In this document: positions 1 through 12,619 of the stretch, one piece after another
Layout of the letters: the number at the start of each line of letters is the position of its first letter
Numbering within the stretch: the stretch's first letter is position 1
Source of the DNA: Octopus bimaculoides
Lineage: Eukaryota
Length of the DNA: 64,000 bases
Direction: 5' to 3'
Assembly: GCF_001194135.2 (NCBI RefSeq)
Contig: NC_068991.1
Span: forward strand, 41,024,334-41,088,333
Notes under the pieces: generated by a model
Seen by the model: only the letters and a program-made list of their open reading frames with translations
The model's database searches: none
What the model was told of the DNA's origin: nothing
Position numbers and translations under genes: made by a program

Positions 1-1272
1 CACATGAAAGTGTTACAATTACATTCCCTCTACCTCATGTCATGGATACTTCTCTCTCTGTTTTCTTTCACCCTCCCTCTTTTTCAAAATAATAACATTC
101 CTTGCTGCCCACTTTGGTTCAAGCATTGGTTTCTCTTTTCCAAGAATGATAATATTTTTCTCATCTTCAAAGCATCTTGTTGCAAAAGATCAGGAAAGTA
201 GAGAGGAAACTTAGCCGATTGACTCATTTACCAGGTGAGGTGGGGGTGGGTGAATGAGAGTATGAAAAAATGTTACTGGGTTATAATTTTTTTCAATAAA
301 TGGAAGTTTTATTCTAGCAAAGAATTTAGATGCTAGTTTAACTTTTTTTACATAACCTTTNNNNNNNNNNNNNNNNNNNNNNNNNNNNNNNNNNNNNNNN
401 NNNNNNNNNNNNNNNNNNNNNNNNNNNNNNNNNNNNNNNNNNNNNNNNNNNNNNNNNNNNNNNNNNNNNNNNNNNNNNNNNNNNNNNNNNNNNNNNNNNN
501 NNNNNNNNNNNNNNNNNNNNNNNNNNNNNNNNNNNNNNNNNNNNNNNNNNNNNNNNNNNNNNNNNNNNNNNNNNNNNNNNNNNNNNNNNNNNNNNNNNNN
601 NNNNNNNNNNNNNNNNNNNNNNNNNNNNNNNNNNNNNNNNNNNNNNNNNNNNNNNNNNNNNNNNNNNNNNNNNNNNNNNNNNNNNNNNNNNNNNNNNNNN
701 NNNNNNNNNNNNNNNNNNNNNNNNNNNNNNNNNNNNNNNNNNNNNNNNNNNNNNNNNNNNNNNNNNNNNNNNNNNNNNNNNNNNNNNNNNNNNNNNNNNN
801 NNNNNNNNNNNNNNNNNNNNNNNNNNNNNNNNNNNNNNNNNNNNNNNNNNNNNNNNNNNNNNNNNNNNNNNNNNNNNNNNNNNNNNNNNNNNNNNNNNNN
901 NNNNNNNNNNNNNNNNNNNNNNNNNNNNNNNNNNNNNNNNNNNNNNNNNNNNNNNNNNNNNNNNNNNNNNNNNNNNNNNNNNNNNNNNNNNNNNNNNNNN
1001 NNNNNNNNNNNNNNNNNNNNNNNNNNNNNNNNNNNNNNNNNNNNNNNNNNNNNNNNNNNNNNNNNNNNNNNNNNNNNNNNNNNNNNNNNNNNNNNNNNNN
1101 NNNNNNNNNNNNNNNNNNNNNNNNNNNNNNNNNNNNNNNNNNNNNNNNNNNNNNNNNNNNNNNNNNNNNNNNNNNNNNNNNNNNNNNNNNNNNNNNNNNN
1201 NNNNNNNNNNNNNNNNNNNNNNNNNNNNNNNNNNNNNNNNNNNNNNNNNNNNNNNNNNNNNNNNNNNNNNNN

Positions 1273-1416
1273 GGTTCACCACTATCCCCTGCTGGAGCAT
1301 CATGGAGCTTTAGGTGTTTCGCTCAATAAACACTCACAACGCCCGGTCTGGGAATCGAAACTGCAATCCTACGACCACGAGTCCGCTGCCCTAACCACTG
1401 GGCCATTGTGCCTCCA
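1273..1416 (-). mobile_element. tRNA-derived SINE head, truncated by N-run
   Basis: Minus strand reads GTGGAGGCACAATGGCCCAGTGGTTAGGGCAGCGGACTC...GCAGTTTCGATTCCCAGACCGGGCG: Pol III A box (TGGCCCAGTGG) and B box (GTTTCGATTCC), then a non-tRNA body. Confidence 0.75.
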
Positions 1417-1799
1417 CTTTTTGATAGACTATGACTGAAAGACAAGCAGAAAACAATTCTGCTTTACCTTCTTTAACCTGCCACTCTGTTGTTGCATCCC
1501 TCCTTTTCATGCTCCCTTCTCAAAAAGAACAGAATAGGAAAGCAATTAATTCACTGCTTTTCTTGCTAAGCAAACAGGAACTTTCTCTACTTACACTTTG
1601 TGAATGATATCGATTATTTACAATCTATACTAAGAAATGGAGGGACGGGAAGTACAAAAAAGAAATATCATGAGTACAATGAAGATAATAAAAATTAATA
1701 ATTAATTTTATATTACACAAAAATTATTTATCCTGGAAAAAATGTAAGACATGCAGTATATGCATTGCATACATAGATGCTTTGCCTCTGACCAACACC

Positions 1800-2771
1800 G
1801 TTGTTACAGGCAATGAACTTAAGTGCACCTCTAATCAGTTTATGGGGAAGCTGCTGGTGAAGTAACTTTCCTTCCAGCATTTTCCGGTTTGCAATAACTA
1901 GCAATGTGCCTGGGTTGGGAACATCAGTAACACATCACTTCAGATTTTGGTTCTTTCCTATCTCTGACCATGTGCAGATCCCAACACCTAAAGTATGGTC
2001 CCTTAAACGACATTGTGTTGATGTCTGGCAGCTGCTGCAACCTCACTGAGATATGATCGAAGACTCCTGTCATAAAAGCCAGCTTCACAATCTGCTCCAT
2101 CGCCCTATTGGTAAACCCAGCTAACCCACTTAATCTCCTCATCTTGCTTACCTAGTCATCAACTTAGTCACCCATCCATCTCATTCGTCCAAGTTTGCTG
2201 TAGTCTTTAGATTCTCCTTCTGTATATGCACCCTTCAGTTGCTCTTCAATCTTTTTGACTTTCAGTTGATCCACTTCATCTATCTCTAGATACAGATTCA
2301 GGTGCTTCTCTCTAAATAATATGGCATAAGACTAGCCACGTTTTGAATGTTCTGCAACTTTGCCTTGAGTTTCACCTTTTTTATCCAGGCCACTACATCA
2401 CTTTTGCTAACAAATGGTCTCAAAACATCATTACTATTACGTAACTTTGTCACCATCGTTAGTGTTGGCAGTAGAAAGGCAAGAAAGTAAAAGGAAATAT
2501 ATCCCTACAACAGATAAACTGCGAGCCGAAATAGCTTATAGAAGAAACAAAAATAAGAATGCTCAAAGCGAATTCAGAACAGAGTACACAGCTTCACTTC
2601 ACAAGGAACTCGTTAGATATATCTTCAAACGTACACCATCCTGATCCCTACCTAGTAACTATTCTCCCTCTGAAATTCCCTCCACCCATCCGCTCACTTC
2701 AATGTCCTCACGAAGAGGTTGTTAAAAAAAGAGGCTGTCCTGGTCCTGACGTTGCCCTTCACTCCTCCACA
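1800..2771 (-). mobile_element. Degenerate Ty3/Gypsy-like LTR retrotransposon remnant (putative LTR about 2455-2771 plus gag with two zinc knuckles)
   Basis: Broken minus-strand frames give DVVAWIKKVKLKAKLQNIQNVASLMPYYLE...KMRRLSGLAGFTNRAMEQIVKLAFMTGVFDHISVRLQQLPDI, then YFRCWDLHMVRDRKEPKSEVMCY*CSQPRHIASYCK (decayed CCHC knuckles). The upstream segment starts TGT (2771). LTR boundaries are tentative. Confidence 0.65.
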
Positions 2772-2774
2772 GGA

Positions 2775-3245
2775 AAAATTGCATCCCGCCGAAATCAACT
2801 TTGAATTTTACCTTTTAAGGGTCGATAAAATACCTGTCAAGTACTGGGGTTGATGTTATACAATAATTCTCTTCCTTCAAAAATGTTCGTCTTGAGGTGG
2901 ACAGTTGACAGAATCGTTAAAGCGTCAGAAGAAAATACATTGCGCTATTTCTTCTGGCTTTTGATGAGCTAAGTTCTAGTCCCACCAAGGTCAATTTCAC
3001 CTTCCATATCTTCGAGGTCGATAAAATTTTGAGCCCTGGAATAGATGTAATTGACTTCCTCTCGCCTCAAAATTGCTGGTCTTGTATCAAAATTGAAAAG
3101 AGTTAAGTCTGCTGGTTCAGAGTTGACCTGGGGTTAAAAACTAGTTTTTTATCATTTTGAGTAGATGAAAAATAAAGTTGACTCTGGTGGGATTTAAATT
3201 CAAAATCAAGTCCGGTTCAAAATACTGCAATATCCTTTGTATCTT
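2775..3245. mobile_element. Three degenerate copies of the dominant SINE family (two +, one -)
   Basis: Variants of the core GTCGACTTTGCCTTTCATCC...GATAAAATAAGTACCAG at about 2800-2850 and 2985-3030, and reverse-complemented at about 3135-3210. Confidence 0.6.
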
Positions 3246-3431
3246 ATATATTTCTGTTTCAACCTTTGGCGTGTAACATCTGAACATTTTTATAAATCCC
3301 TAAGCAACTCATTGAATCAGGGGAGGTAATTCTAGAAAACTTGTCATGCGCACTTGTCATTTCACCTGATATTGACACGCTGTCAGTGTTTTGATATTTC
3401 TTTCAAGTCGAGAAAATACTTCTTTTCCATT

Positions 3432-3441
3432 ATGACAAACG
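3432..3441 (+). CDS. TMEM167B: Protein kish-B, coding exon 1 (MTN + G)
   Basis: ATGACAAACG followed by donor GTATGT at 3442. Phase 1 joins exon 2 to give MTNVYSFDG, the kish-B N-terminus. Confidence 0.85.
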
Positions 3442-4502
3442 GTATGTTTAGTAAGAAGTATATTCACCTTTTTCTTTTTCGTTATCCAAACAACTTCCTA
3501 TTATATAACAGTTTATCGCAGTCGATAATTTCTGGTTATAGGTCTGCATTAGTAGGACGATTGTAACGTTTGTAGAACCTGAAGTTTTCCTTTTGTTTTT
3601 GTTGTTGTTTTTTAAGCTAATTTCCTTGTTCTTAATTTCTTCATAATACAGTCCACTGAAATGACATTTGGAATCGGTTTTAGTGTGAGTTTATAGGCAC
3701 CTATGTAAACATATCAGTGTATGTAATAATGCTTAAACGTTGAAAGTGTAGGAACTAGTGTAAGTGTAATCATAAATGCTTGTCAGTATGTTTAATGGAA
3801 GTTGTCAACATCTATAGGTGTTTATATATATATATATATGTGTGTGTATATATATGTCAGTGTTCATATTGGTGGAGTGTCGATAGATTGTCAATATTTA
3901 GAGTTACATACCTTTGGCCATAGCTAACGAATTAATCGAACCAACTACAGCTCTTTGAGAGTAAGGAAATTTTTAATATCTATGTGAATTACAAGTGCAT
4001 AAAAACTTTTTGGTGCGTGTCTCTGTTAAGAAAAATTACGGGTGCTTAAATTGTACAAGTTTATAAATATGCAACTCATGTGAAGTTATTGTTTGAGTTT
4101 TGTAAATTAAACGTTTCCTCAGTGGGCGGCTTCAGATTTGAATGTGGGCAAAATTTCACTTGCGGGCAAGAGGTTAGCTCTGCTACAGGTTCTGCACCCC
4201 TGTACTTACGCGCTTGATCTTAAAATCATACCCTGCATGTTAAAAATAAGAAATACACATTGGATAATGTACTCCTAAATACACCATGTTAAAATAAAGC
4301 ACAAGACAGTAAAGGTGCGAATATCTTTGATCTTGGGTCTTCTCGAGTATGGCTGACCTGAGTCTGAACAACAATAGCAAAGTTATTATATAATTTAAGG
4401 CTAAATTTTATATTATAAATAAATTGAATCAGCTTTCGAAGAATTCTCCTTTTGTTTTAGACTTTTTTTATGTGTTGGATTAATTCGTGAAGTTAGATTT
4501 TT

Positions 4503-5500
4503 GGGTCAATATAAAGATCCTCACCCGTTAACGAGAACAAAATCAAAACCAGCATGCTGAGTGTTAACAACTGTAGAAAACGAATATGAAAAAAATTGCG
4601 CAAACGAACCTGGGAATCGGGAGAGGACTTTCGGAAAATTTACAAGATCCAATTTTTCCCTTATAACTTTCAGGAAAATGGATATATATTGATTTTTTTT
4701 TTTACGGAATCCCACGTTTTCGGCTATAGAAAATCCGATTCTGAAAAAATATTGTTTGTAAAATTTCAATTTTTCAAACATTTCTTTTCAAATACCCCAA
4801 CCCCCTCCCAATTCTACGGCCTTGACCTTCAAGTAAGCTATTCACATGCTAGAAATGACAGCCAAATCTCACAAAACTGCGATAACATAATGAAAGAAAT
4901 ATGTAATCAATCTACTCTCCTTTCTGCAAGGATTTCTTTCAGAGTAATTTCCCGCAGTAATATGACAAAGTAATTCATGTGAAATTAAAGTGTTCTTTTT
5001 TCCTTTTTCTTTTCTTTTTTTTTTCTTTTTTTGTTTTGTTTTGAAAGTTACAAAAAATATGAGTGCAGAAATAACAGCAAGCTCTTTTGAAAAAAGAAAA
5101 GTAAAAATAACAAAGAAATACTGTGACAAATTGAAATTAAAGAGAATCATTTGACCAGTGCAAAACATGTGTTTGTGGAACTGAAAATGGTCTTGCTCAT
5201 TTGAGATTTAGCTGTTATTTCTAGCATATGGATAGCCTGCTTGAAGGCCAAGGCCGTAGAATTGGGAGGGGAGGGTGTTGGGTTTTTTTCCCCCCAATAT
5301 GTATCCATTTTCCTGAAAGTTATGAGGGGAAAATCAAATCTTGTGAATTTTCCGAAAGTCCTCTCCCCACCTACCCCCAGGTTCGTTTGCGCAATTTTTT
5401 TCCATACTCCTTTCCTACACAGTTGTTAACACCCAGCAGGCTGGGTTTTTTTGTGTTCTTTTTTTCGTTAACCGGTGCGGATCTTTATATTGGCCGATTT
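4503..5500. repeat. Long imperfect inverted repeat (arms about 4505-4690 and 5297-5497) in TMEM167B intron 1
   Basis: The reverse complement of 4505-4690 aligns with 5297-5497; shared blocks include TATCCATTTTCCTGAAAGTTAT, TTTTCCGAAAGTCCTCTCCC, CAGGTTCGTTTGCGCAATTTTTT and GGATCTTTATATTG. A related fragment lies at about 63750-63830. Confidence 0.85.
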
Positions 5501-7029
5501 TTGCGGGTTGGTCATTAAATATTATTCTGTTTTTACAACTGAAAATAAAAGAAAAATCAAACGATCAAACCATGCTATATATTTAGTGTAAGAAGTGTAT
5601 TACTGAAACATGAATAGTGTCTGTAACGAACGGATTCAATATGACCATTTGAACGGATAATGTCAATTTTCGATAAATGTCAACACGAGCTGTTTATTTT
5701 TAGGTCCCGTCTAAGTAGACCTGTGTTCAATAACATTCCGGATTTGACCATCTGTAATTTTTGTGGACATTACATATTTTAGACTATATTATCCAACGTG
5801 TTTATCCCTTTTCAAGACAGTAGGGTGTATATGGCAGAGATTTAGCTTCTATTTCTAGCAAGTCGAGCGCCCATGTTAGCTCATGCAGATAATTGTAAAG
5901 TAGCTAAGTATCAGGAAACATTGGTGATATATGCAGGAGATATGGCTTCTTAGGTTCGGATACATAATGCTAAGTAACTGTACATACTAGAAGTGTTATG
6001 GATTAGTGGTGGAATCTATTTAGACAGGACCTAAAAGTAAACAACTCATGTTGACATTTATTGAAAATTAACATTATGCATTCAAATACTCATATTGAAC
6101 CCATAAGTAAGGAAAACTAGGGAGCAAGTGATTAGCTCAGATCTTCATAGTGAGCATTTGAAGTTGCATAGCTTAATGATTAGGCTGTTGGTCCCATGTT
6201 TTTAAAGTCATGAGTTTGATTTCCAGACCAGTTGATGAACTGTTCTTAGACAAGAAACTTCATTTCATGTTAATCCAATTCACTCAGCTAAAAAGGAGTT
6301 GCACCTGCTGCAGTGTAGCACCACTGCAGACTTTCAGCCCCAAATCTTGCAAATATAAGATGTTAACAACCCTCAATGACTATGACATACTAGATGACTA
6401 TTAGTATTGAGTCTTGCAGATGAAAGAGCAAGATTGAAACCATATCAACCTCTTCATTTGTTAGCAAGTCTGCAAAAGACATGGGCAATGCTTTTTTTTT
6501 CCTAATAAAAACCATACAAATTTTTTTTTTTAACCATGAAGTGATGTTATATTTCAAACTCATACCAACATTTTTTTAAAAAAGTATAAATTAGAGGAAG
6601 AATAGTAGAACCTATGACCTTTATCAGGATCTCTGAAGGCTGATAGTTGGAAGGGAATAAGTTATCTTCAGACTGGGAAATTGGTTTGAATACTTGGAAC
6701 AGATTGTACTTTGCTAAAGACATCCAAGAACCAGGTGGAAGTGTTAAACTAGATGACAAATTAAATGTACCATCCCAAAATAGATGTAATCCATCTAGCA
6801 TGCTTCTACAGCATTTCCATCTACCAAATTTCGCTAATAGGACAGACACTATTTTGATTCAATGCTCAAAATGCTGTGCAGTGAGATTGAATTTGGAACC
6901 ACTTGGTTGAAAAGTGAAGTTCTCAACCACACAGCCATGATGCTTATTATATCAAATATGATTTACAACAATTATTATCATTGATGGTTACCTCAGCAAA
7001 GTTATTGCAATAATAATAATAATAATCTT

Positions 7030-8060
7030 TTCTACTAAAGCACAAGGACTGAAATTCGGGGGAAGGAGGCTAATTGATTATATTGATCCCAGTGCTCAAC
7101 TGAGATTTATTTCATTGACACTGGAAGAATAAAAGGCGAAGTTGACCTTGGCAGCATTTGAACACAGAAATACTGCCAAGCATTTTGCATGGTGTGTTAA
7201 TGATTCTGCCAGCTCACATCTTTACAATAATAATAATAATAATGGTTTCTTATTTAAGCAACAATTTTGAGGTGAGGAAATTAGTTGATGTCATTGACCC
7301 CACCCAATAGTTGGCTGCTATTTTATTTCACCTGGATGAAAGGCAAAGTTGATCTTGGTGAGTTTTGAACTCAGAACCTAAAAAAAGTTGGAATAAATAC
7401 TGCCTAGACACTCTAATGATTCTGTCAAACTACCAACCTAAAATAATGATTTCTAATTTCAACACAGGCTGACAATTTTTAGGGAATGAGGTTAGTCAAT
7501 TACATCAATCCTAGTACTCAATTCTGGAAGGATGAAAGACAAAGTTGCCTTTGGCGCAATTTCAATGCAGAAGAAATACTGCAATGCATTTTGGATGATA
7601 CTCTAAAGATTTTGTAAGACCATTTCTAAAAATAGGCAAAATGCCTGAAATTTGGGAGAGGAGAATAGTTGATTATATCAACTTGACTGGTACTTTATTT
7701 TTTCAGGATGGACCTGTGTAAAATGCTTAGCATTTCATCTGTCCTTACATTCTGATTTCAAATTCTGCTGTGGTTGACTTTGCCTTTCATTCTTTTGGAG
7801 TCGATAAAATAAGTACCAGTTGAGCACTGGGGTTGATGTAATCAACTTACCCCCACCCCAAAATTGATGGCCTTGTGCCAAAATTTGAAGCCATCATTAT
7901 TATTATTAAGGTGGAGGAATGGCAGAATCATTAGCATGCTGGGCAAAATGTTTAGTGGCATTTCATTCATTACATTCCACTGAGGTCAATGGGGTTAATG
8001 TAATCAACAACCCGCTTTCCCCACAAATTTCAAGCCTTGTGCCTAGAGTAGAAAGAATTA
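7030..8060. mobile_element. Cluster of about six SINE copies (about four on -, then two on +)
   Basis: Reverse core (GGATGAAAGGCAAAGTTGA-like) at about 7130, 7335 and 7530, plus a partial copy at 7630-7700. Forward core TTGACTTTGCCTTTCAT...GATAAAATAAGTACCAG at 7775-7820 and a second forward copy at 7910-8055. Copies are separated by (AAT)n/(ATT)n runs. Confidence 0.8.
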
Positions 8061-8159
8061 TTAGTTTTATTATTATTAAATGAATCATCAATGCAATCCA
8101 CGAGTCTTGCATGAAATGGAATTATAGAATGATTTTTTTTTATTTTCACTGTTTTTCAG

Positions 8160-8291
8160 TTTACTCATTTGATGGTCTGCTGGTGTTTGGACTTTTGGTC
8201 ATTTGTACTTGTGCTTATATGAGCCGAGTCCCTCGTCTAAAGAATTGGTTTCTCTCAGAGAAGAAGGGTGTTTTTGGAATCTTCTATAAAG
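8160..8291 (+). CDS. TMEM167B: Protein kish-B, coding exon 2
   Basis: Acceptor ttttcactgtttttcAG, 132 nt, donor GTTGGT. Encodes (V)[43 protein letters not shown], recognisable as TMEM167B. Confidence 0.95.
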
Positions 8292-9409
8292 GTTGGTGAA
8301 AATGTTATATTTGTTCCAAGCATGATTGTCCTATTATAGTTAATGACTTCACTAAAAAATACATGATCTTTCAGCATTAAAGCATATGTATCTTTATGAT
8401 TCTGAGTTTTACTTTAGACTAGATGAAATAAGTGTCAATGGCACACTGGTATAATTAATTAAATTAACGAGACCTGAGATGAACACCCAGCTAAACAGAG
8501 GTCATCATGAAAATATCTATTGATGAGCTGTGACTTAAAGCAAGGCCTATTTATTTCTTTGAAATTTAGAATATTTTAACATTTTGGGGCTAGATCAGCA
8601 AAACTAGGTACATTGTATTTGAATGTTGTACTCTGTAAAATATATTAAGAAACTAAGACCTGATTTCTAAACTATTTCGTACAGAATTTCAGTGTCACTA
8701 GATATTTTGCAAATTGACTTTTATAATAACTTGCATAGATACTACAGTGAGGCAGCTTAGACATAGGTTGGCCATTTTAATGAAGAGATACCTACATTAG
8801 AAATACTACATTCTATTGTATACAGAAGTGTGCAATAACTACTTATCTTATGGTAAATATTTAAAAATAGGTGAATTGCATCCTTAAATCATCTTTGTTT
8901 GATACAGGAGATGAACTGCCAACTCTTGAGATAATATACTGGCATCCTATCAACTCAGCTGAGGCTCATTTTGCAGTGGTACACTTAGTACAAGGTGACA
9001 TAAATATGGAATGATGCTTCTATTTGTTAGTTTTACTAAGTTACTATTAGGTGCCTAAAACAAACAAGTTTACTAATAATTTACCCTTTGTAATATAAGA
9101 AATTAAGATTCACTCCTCCCCTCTTTTGAAAATTTGAACATGAATTGTTAAAACAAATGTACTTTGTACAGCTGGATTTCCTTTCTACTGTTAACCAGTC
9201 AACAACTCTCACAAGGCAATAGTTACTATTTTTTATCTGAACTACTGTCTCCCAATATTTTCTTTAAAACCACATCTTTCAGTTTCTCAAAAGCTATGGT
9301 GGTCTCACATCAAAATACTTTATTTCCAATCAATTATCAAATAAAATTAAAACATTATTTTTATTTTATTTTAATCAATAAACACACTTGAATCTTAAAC
9401 TAGAGTATC

Positions 9410-9623
9410 TTTTGTTGGCTGAAACCGGCTCTGGCTCTGCGTACAAATGTCTTGTTTTCATAAGTTTTGAATTAAAAGCTTCTACCAAACCTTAGTCACA
9501 ATTTATGTTCCTAACACTAGCTTAATGATAACTAAGTTATTTTACTAAATTCTTTGTTATATTTAAAGTAATTGAAAGAAACACAGAGCATCTCAAAATA
9601 AATACAGTGATGAAATGGTTAAT
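9410..9623 (+). mobile_element. 5'-truncated piggyBac-like MITE
   Basis: Starts GGCTGAAACCGGCTC like the left subterminus of the 42011 element (CCCGGCTGAAGCCAGCT). Ends AAATACAGTGATGAAATGG-TTAA like its right end (AAATATAGTAACGAAAGGG-TTAA). Confidence 0.55.
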
Positions 9624-10784
9624 GAAAGATGAATAAAGTAATACCTCTCACGATACACTAACACATACAAATGCAATAAAGTAGGGTTATGATCTTCAGG
9701 GTTGAGGACTTCTGATCTAAGCTGGATGAAACAAGCAGAATAATGTTTTTAGTTCCAATATACAATAAGCAGTACAGTTACTGTATCTTTAATTTATTGA
9801 AGTACTGCCCACTCAATTGATATAATTTTACTTCAAAAATTTAGCATATAACATTACCTAAACTTTTATACTTGGTATTTTAATTTGAATCATGTTTTTG
9901 TTATTCTGTTTTAAATAGCGAATACTGACCCACTTCTGAATGACACTCTTTTACTAATTTTTCCATGAAAAGATACATTGCACTGTTCTACAAATGCAGA
10001 TACTTGCATGAATTGTTGAAGCAAGTAGAAATGGATATCTCTTTTATGTTAGGTGAACTCTAATAAATATTTTGAGGTTTCTAGTAGATCAGCCAGTACC
10101 AGAGGCAGGTTGTGAACTGTATAGTCCAGAATCTTAAACACTCAACAACTATATTTTAAGTGTAATATATTATGCAAAAAAAAAATATGGTTGTAAGCAT
10201 GAAAGTTTGATCATTATTAGAGTCACTTGTGACCAAGGAAAACCTGTGTGAAACAGTTGTTAAACTCAGCATGTACAGGTATCCTCCTATACATGATGCA
10301 TTGCTGCACACCAGCCATGAAAGATTGCCTGTAATCAATATCAATGTTTGTGTCCAATGATAAGAGAACCAAGACAATGAAATTCTAGTCTGAGGCTGAA
10401 CATTACTTTGCAGTTTGGTGGAATGTGTTCTTCCAAGAAACAAAACAAAATACTTGCAGCTTATTTGAATTGCCCATGAGCAAGCTATTTTAATACCTTA
10501 TTGTGTAAATCTTATGATTGAAGCTTCAAACGATATTGTTACTGTAATGATTTGTACCCCTAGACAAGGTACATAACTTTGTTGGTCTTTGATTTCACAA
10601 ATAATTAGCTGCAGAAAGGTCATTGACATGTAAAAACACAACACGCAACTGTCCAAATTTGTAAAATGTTATCCCCATCTACTAACATAAAAATTTGATT
10701 CTCAAACACTAAATATAAACATAACACAGATTGCCATTTAATTACAATACGTCTCTAACATTTGTTTTTTTTTTTTACTTGCAG

Positions 10785-10867
10785 CATCAGTGATTGGCAT
10801 ACGGCTTCATATACCTGTTGCACTGAGTTGTGTAATGATGGGTATATACATTCTACTTTTGAAGTAA
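10785..10867 (+). CDS. TMEM167B: Protein kish-B, coding exon 3 with stop
   Basis: Acceptor ttttttacttgcAG, phase 1. Encodes (A)SVIGIRLHIPVALSCVMMGIYILLLK*. Assembled protein is 74 aa, as expected for kish-B. Confidence 0.93.
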
Positions 10868-11355
10868 CAGATGCAGATACACACACACACATGCACACAA
10901 ACGGAAAATATTTCTATTTAATTCATTTTATGAAATGGAATGTATACAATCCAAACCAGAATTACTGTCAGCAGATTGTACAGAAGTTTCATAAATCATG
11001 CAAAAACAGATTACAGCCTCTTTGGAATATTAACTAAGACACAAATCAACAATCCAAAATCTGTGATAGTTAAAGGATGGGATCCTTTCAAAACTCACTT
11101 GTTATAGAAATTTTAGATGGGGTTACAGTTGAATATTTATCCTCACTTGTTATATACATGCACACACATATGTAAGGTACAATGGCTGTTTGACTCTTGA
11201 TTGTATGATCACATCTTACAATAACAATTATGTTGATCCAGTTTGCTTGACTGATAAAATAAAGGTTCTGTTTCTATTTATGTTTTACCACCCTACCTTT
11301 GTGAATATAAAAATATTGATGTAAAACAGTATAAATTGATATATATATATATGTA

Positions 11356-11393
<38 letters not shown>

Positions 11394-12154
11394 GCCATTT
11401 TCTTTGCCAAAAAATGTAAAGTGATATTTGGCTATTGTGAATACTAACCACTCAGCTGTGGATTTGGAATGGAACCAGTTGATGGGTCAAGTACCTAGTT
11501 TATGTGGCTGCAGTAACATACAAGCCTTTTGCCTTATCGGCCATAGAATTTATAAAACATGCTATATATATCACCTGTTTCCACCTTAAATATTGTAATA
11601 ATATGGGAGAATATTTGAAAACTAACCTTTAACATTACATTTCAAATAGATTGTATATGGTAATTGTTGTTAGCAGATAATTAACAATTATGTCTAACAG
11701 CTGTATTCTGGCATTTAAAAGTAGTTGCTGCAGCAGAGAAAACTGATGAAACGATTGGCTATGACTATTTTTGATGTGTAGGTTTTATATCAGTGGTGTA
11801 ATCTGCACTGCATAAGAATCTCACATTGTTCTATATCTGAGGGTCCATTTTCCAATATTGAAAATGTCTGGCTTAAAAAAAAAAATCTATATTACTGACC
11901 AATGAATGGTAACTGTACATATATTTTTTTTGTCCTTTATTTTGAAAATTACATATCTATGGAGTAAATAAAAATAAACTTAAAAGACTCAATAAATTCT
12001 TAATTATATATGTGCTATTTAAACAGTGTGTATGTGTATTTTATCATTTGCTATTTCTCTGGATTATTAACAATCTGAAATGTTTGAGTTTGTAAATTTT
12101 AGCTCTTGTATTTTGTTTTAAACTTTAGTTTTCTTCATTATGAATATACCTTAA

Positions 12155-12355
12155 CCCTTTAGCATTCAGATTAATTTATCAAATGTAATGCTTATTTATC
12201 CACATTTTAGAAAATTAACCATGTAGCATTTTGTAGCTTCAAAATTTTGAAAAAGTAGTTTATTTTTAGAATGACATTGTAGGGTATGTGTGAGGGACTG
12301 GATCTGGCCAAGTAGGATATTTGGGCTGGATATATCCAGTTTTAATGCTAAAAGG
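12155..12355 (+). mobile_element. Intact TTAA-flanked MITE (piggyBac-type ends), about 200 bp
   Basis: TTAA|CCCTTTAGCATT ... AATGCTAAAAGG|TTAA: 11/12 TIR match with TTAA on both sides. Related copies lie at 33785-34622 and 38195-39051. Confidence 0.8.
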
Positions 12356-12619
12356 TTAAATATGAATGCTTTATTACATTCTAGTGGCAGCAAAATAATA
12401 ATAAATGTAACTCTTAAAGTATCATCGTTTTATTTGAATCCACTCTTTCCATGTTGGATACAGTCAAATACTCTTATCCATTTTTCAAGTAAGGTATTTT
12501 TATTTTACTGACCTGCACATGATCAAACTGAGCTTCAAGGCATTATTTTTTTATGGCAGAGATAAACATAACATCACTCGTCCAAATAATATCAATTTGA
12601 AAACTAATGTCTGTAACAA

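Noticed and set aside
338-1303. Long X-rich ORFs in the track (also 13704-13914, 20419-21203, 56486-56725, 61121-61720)
   Set aside because: Artefacts of reading through N-runs and (TA)n microsatellites.
4596-5518. ORFs of 86-125 aa in TMEM167B intron 1
   Set aside because: They lie in the inverted-repeat arms, are low-complexity and F/K-rich, and show no recognisable domain.
10210-10278. Exon-like segment SLVTKENLCETVVKLSMY in TMEM167B intron 2
   Set aside because: Phase 1 to 2 would shift the frame, and the 74-aa protein is complete without it.
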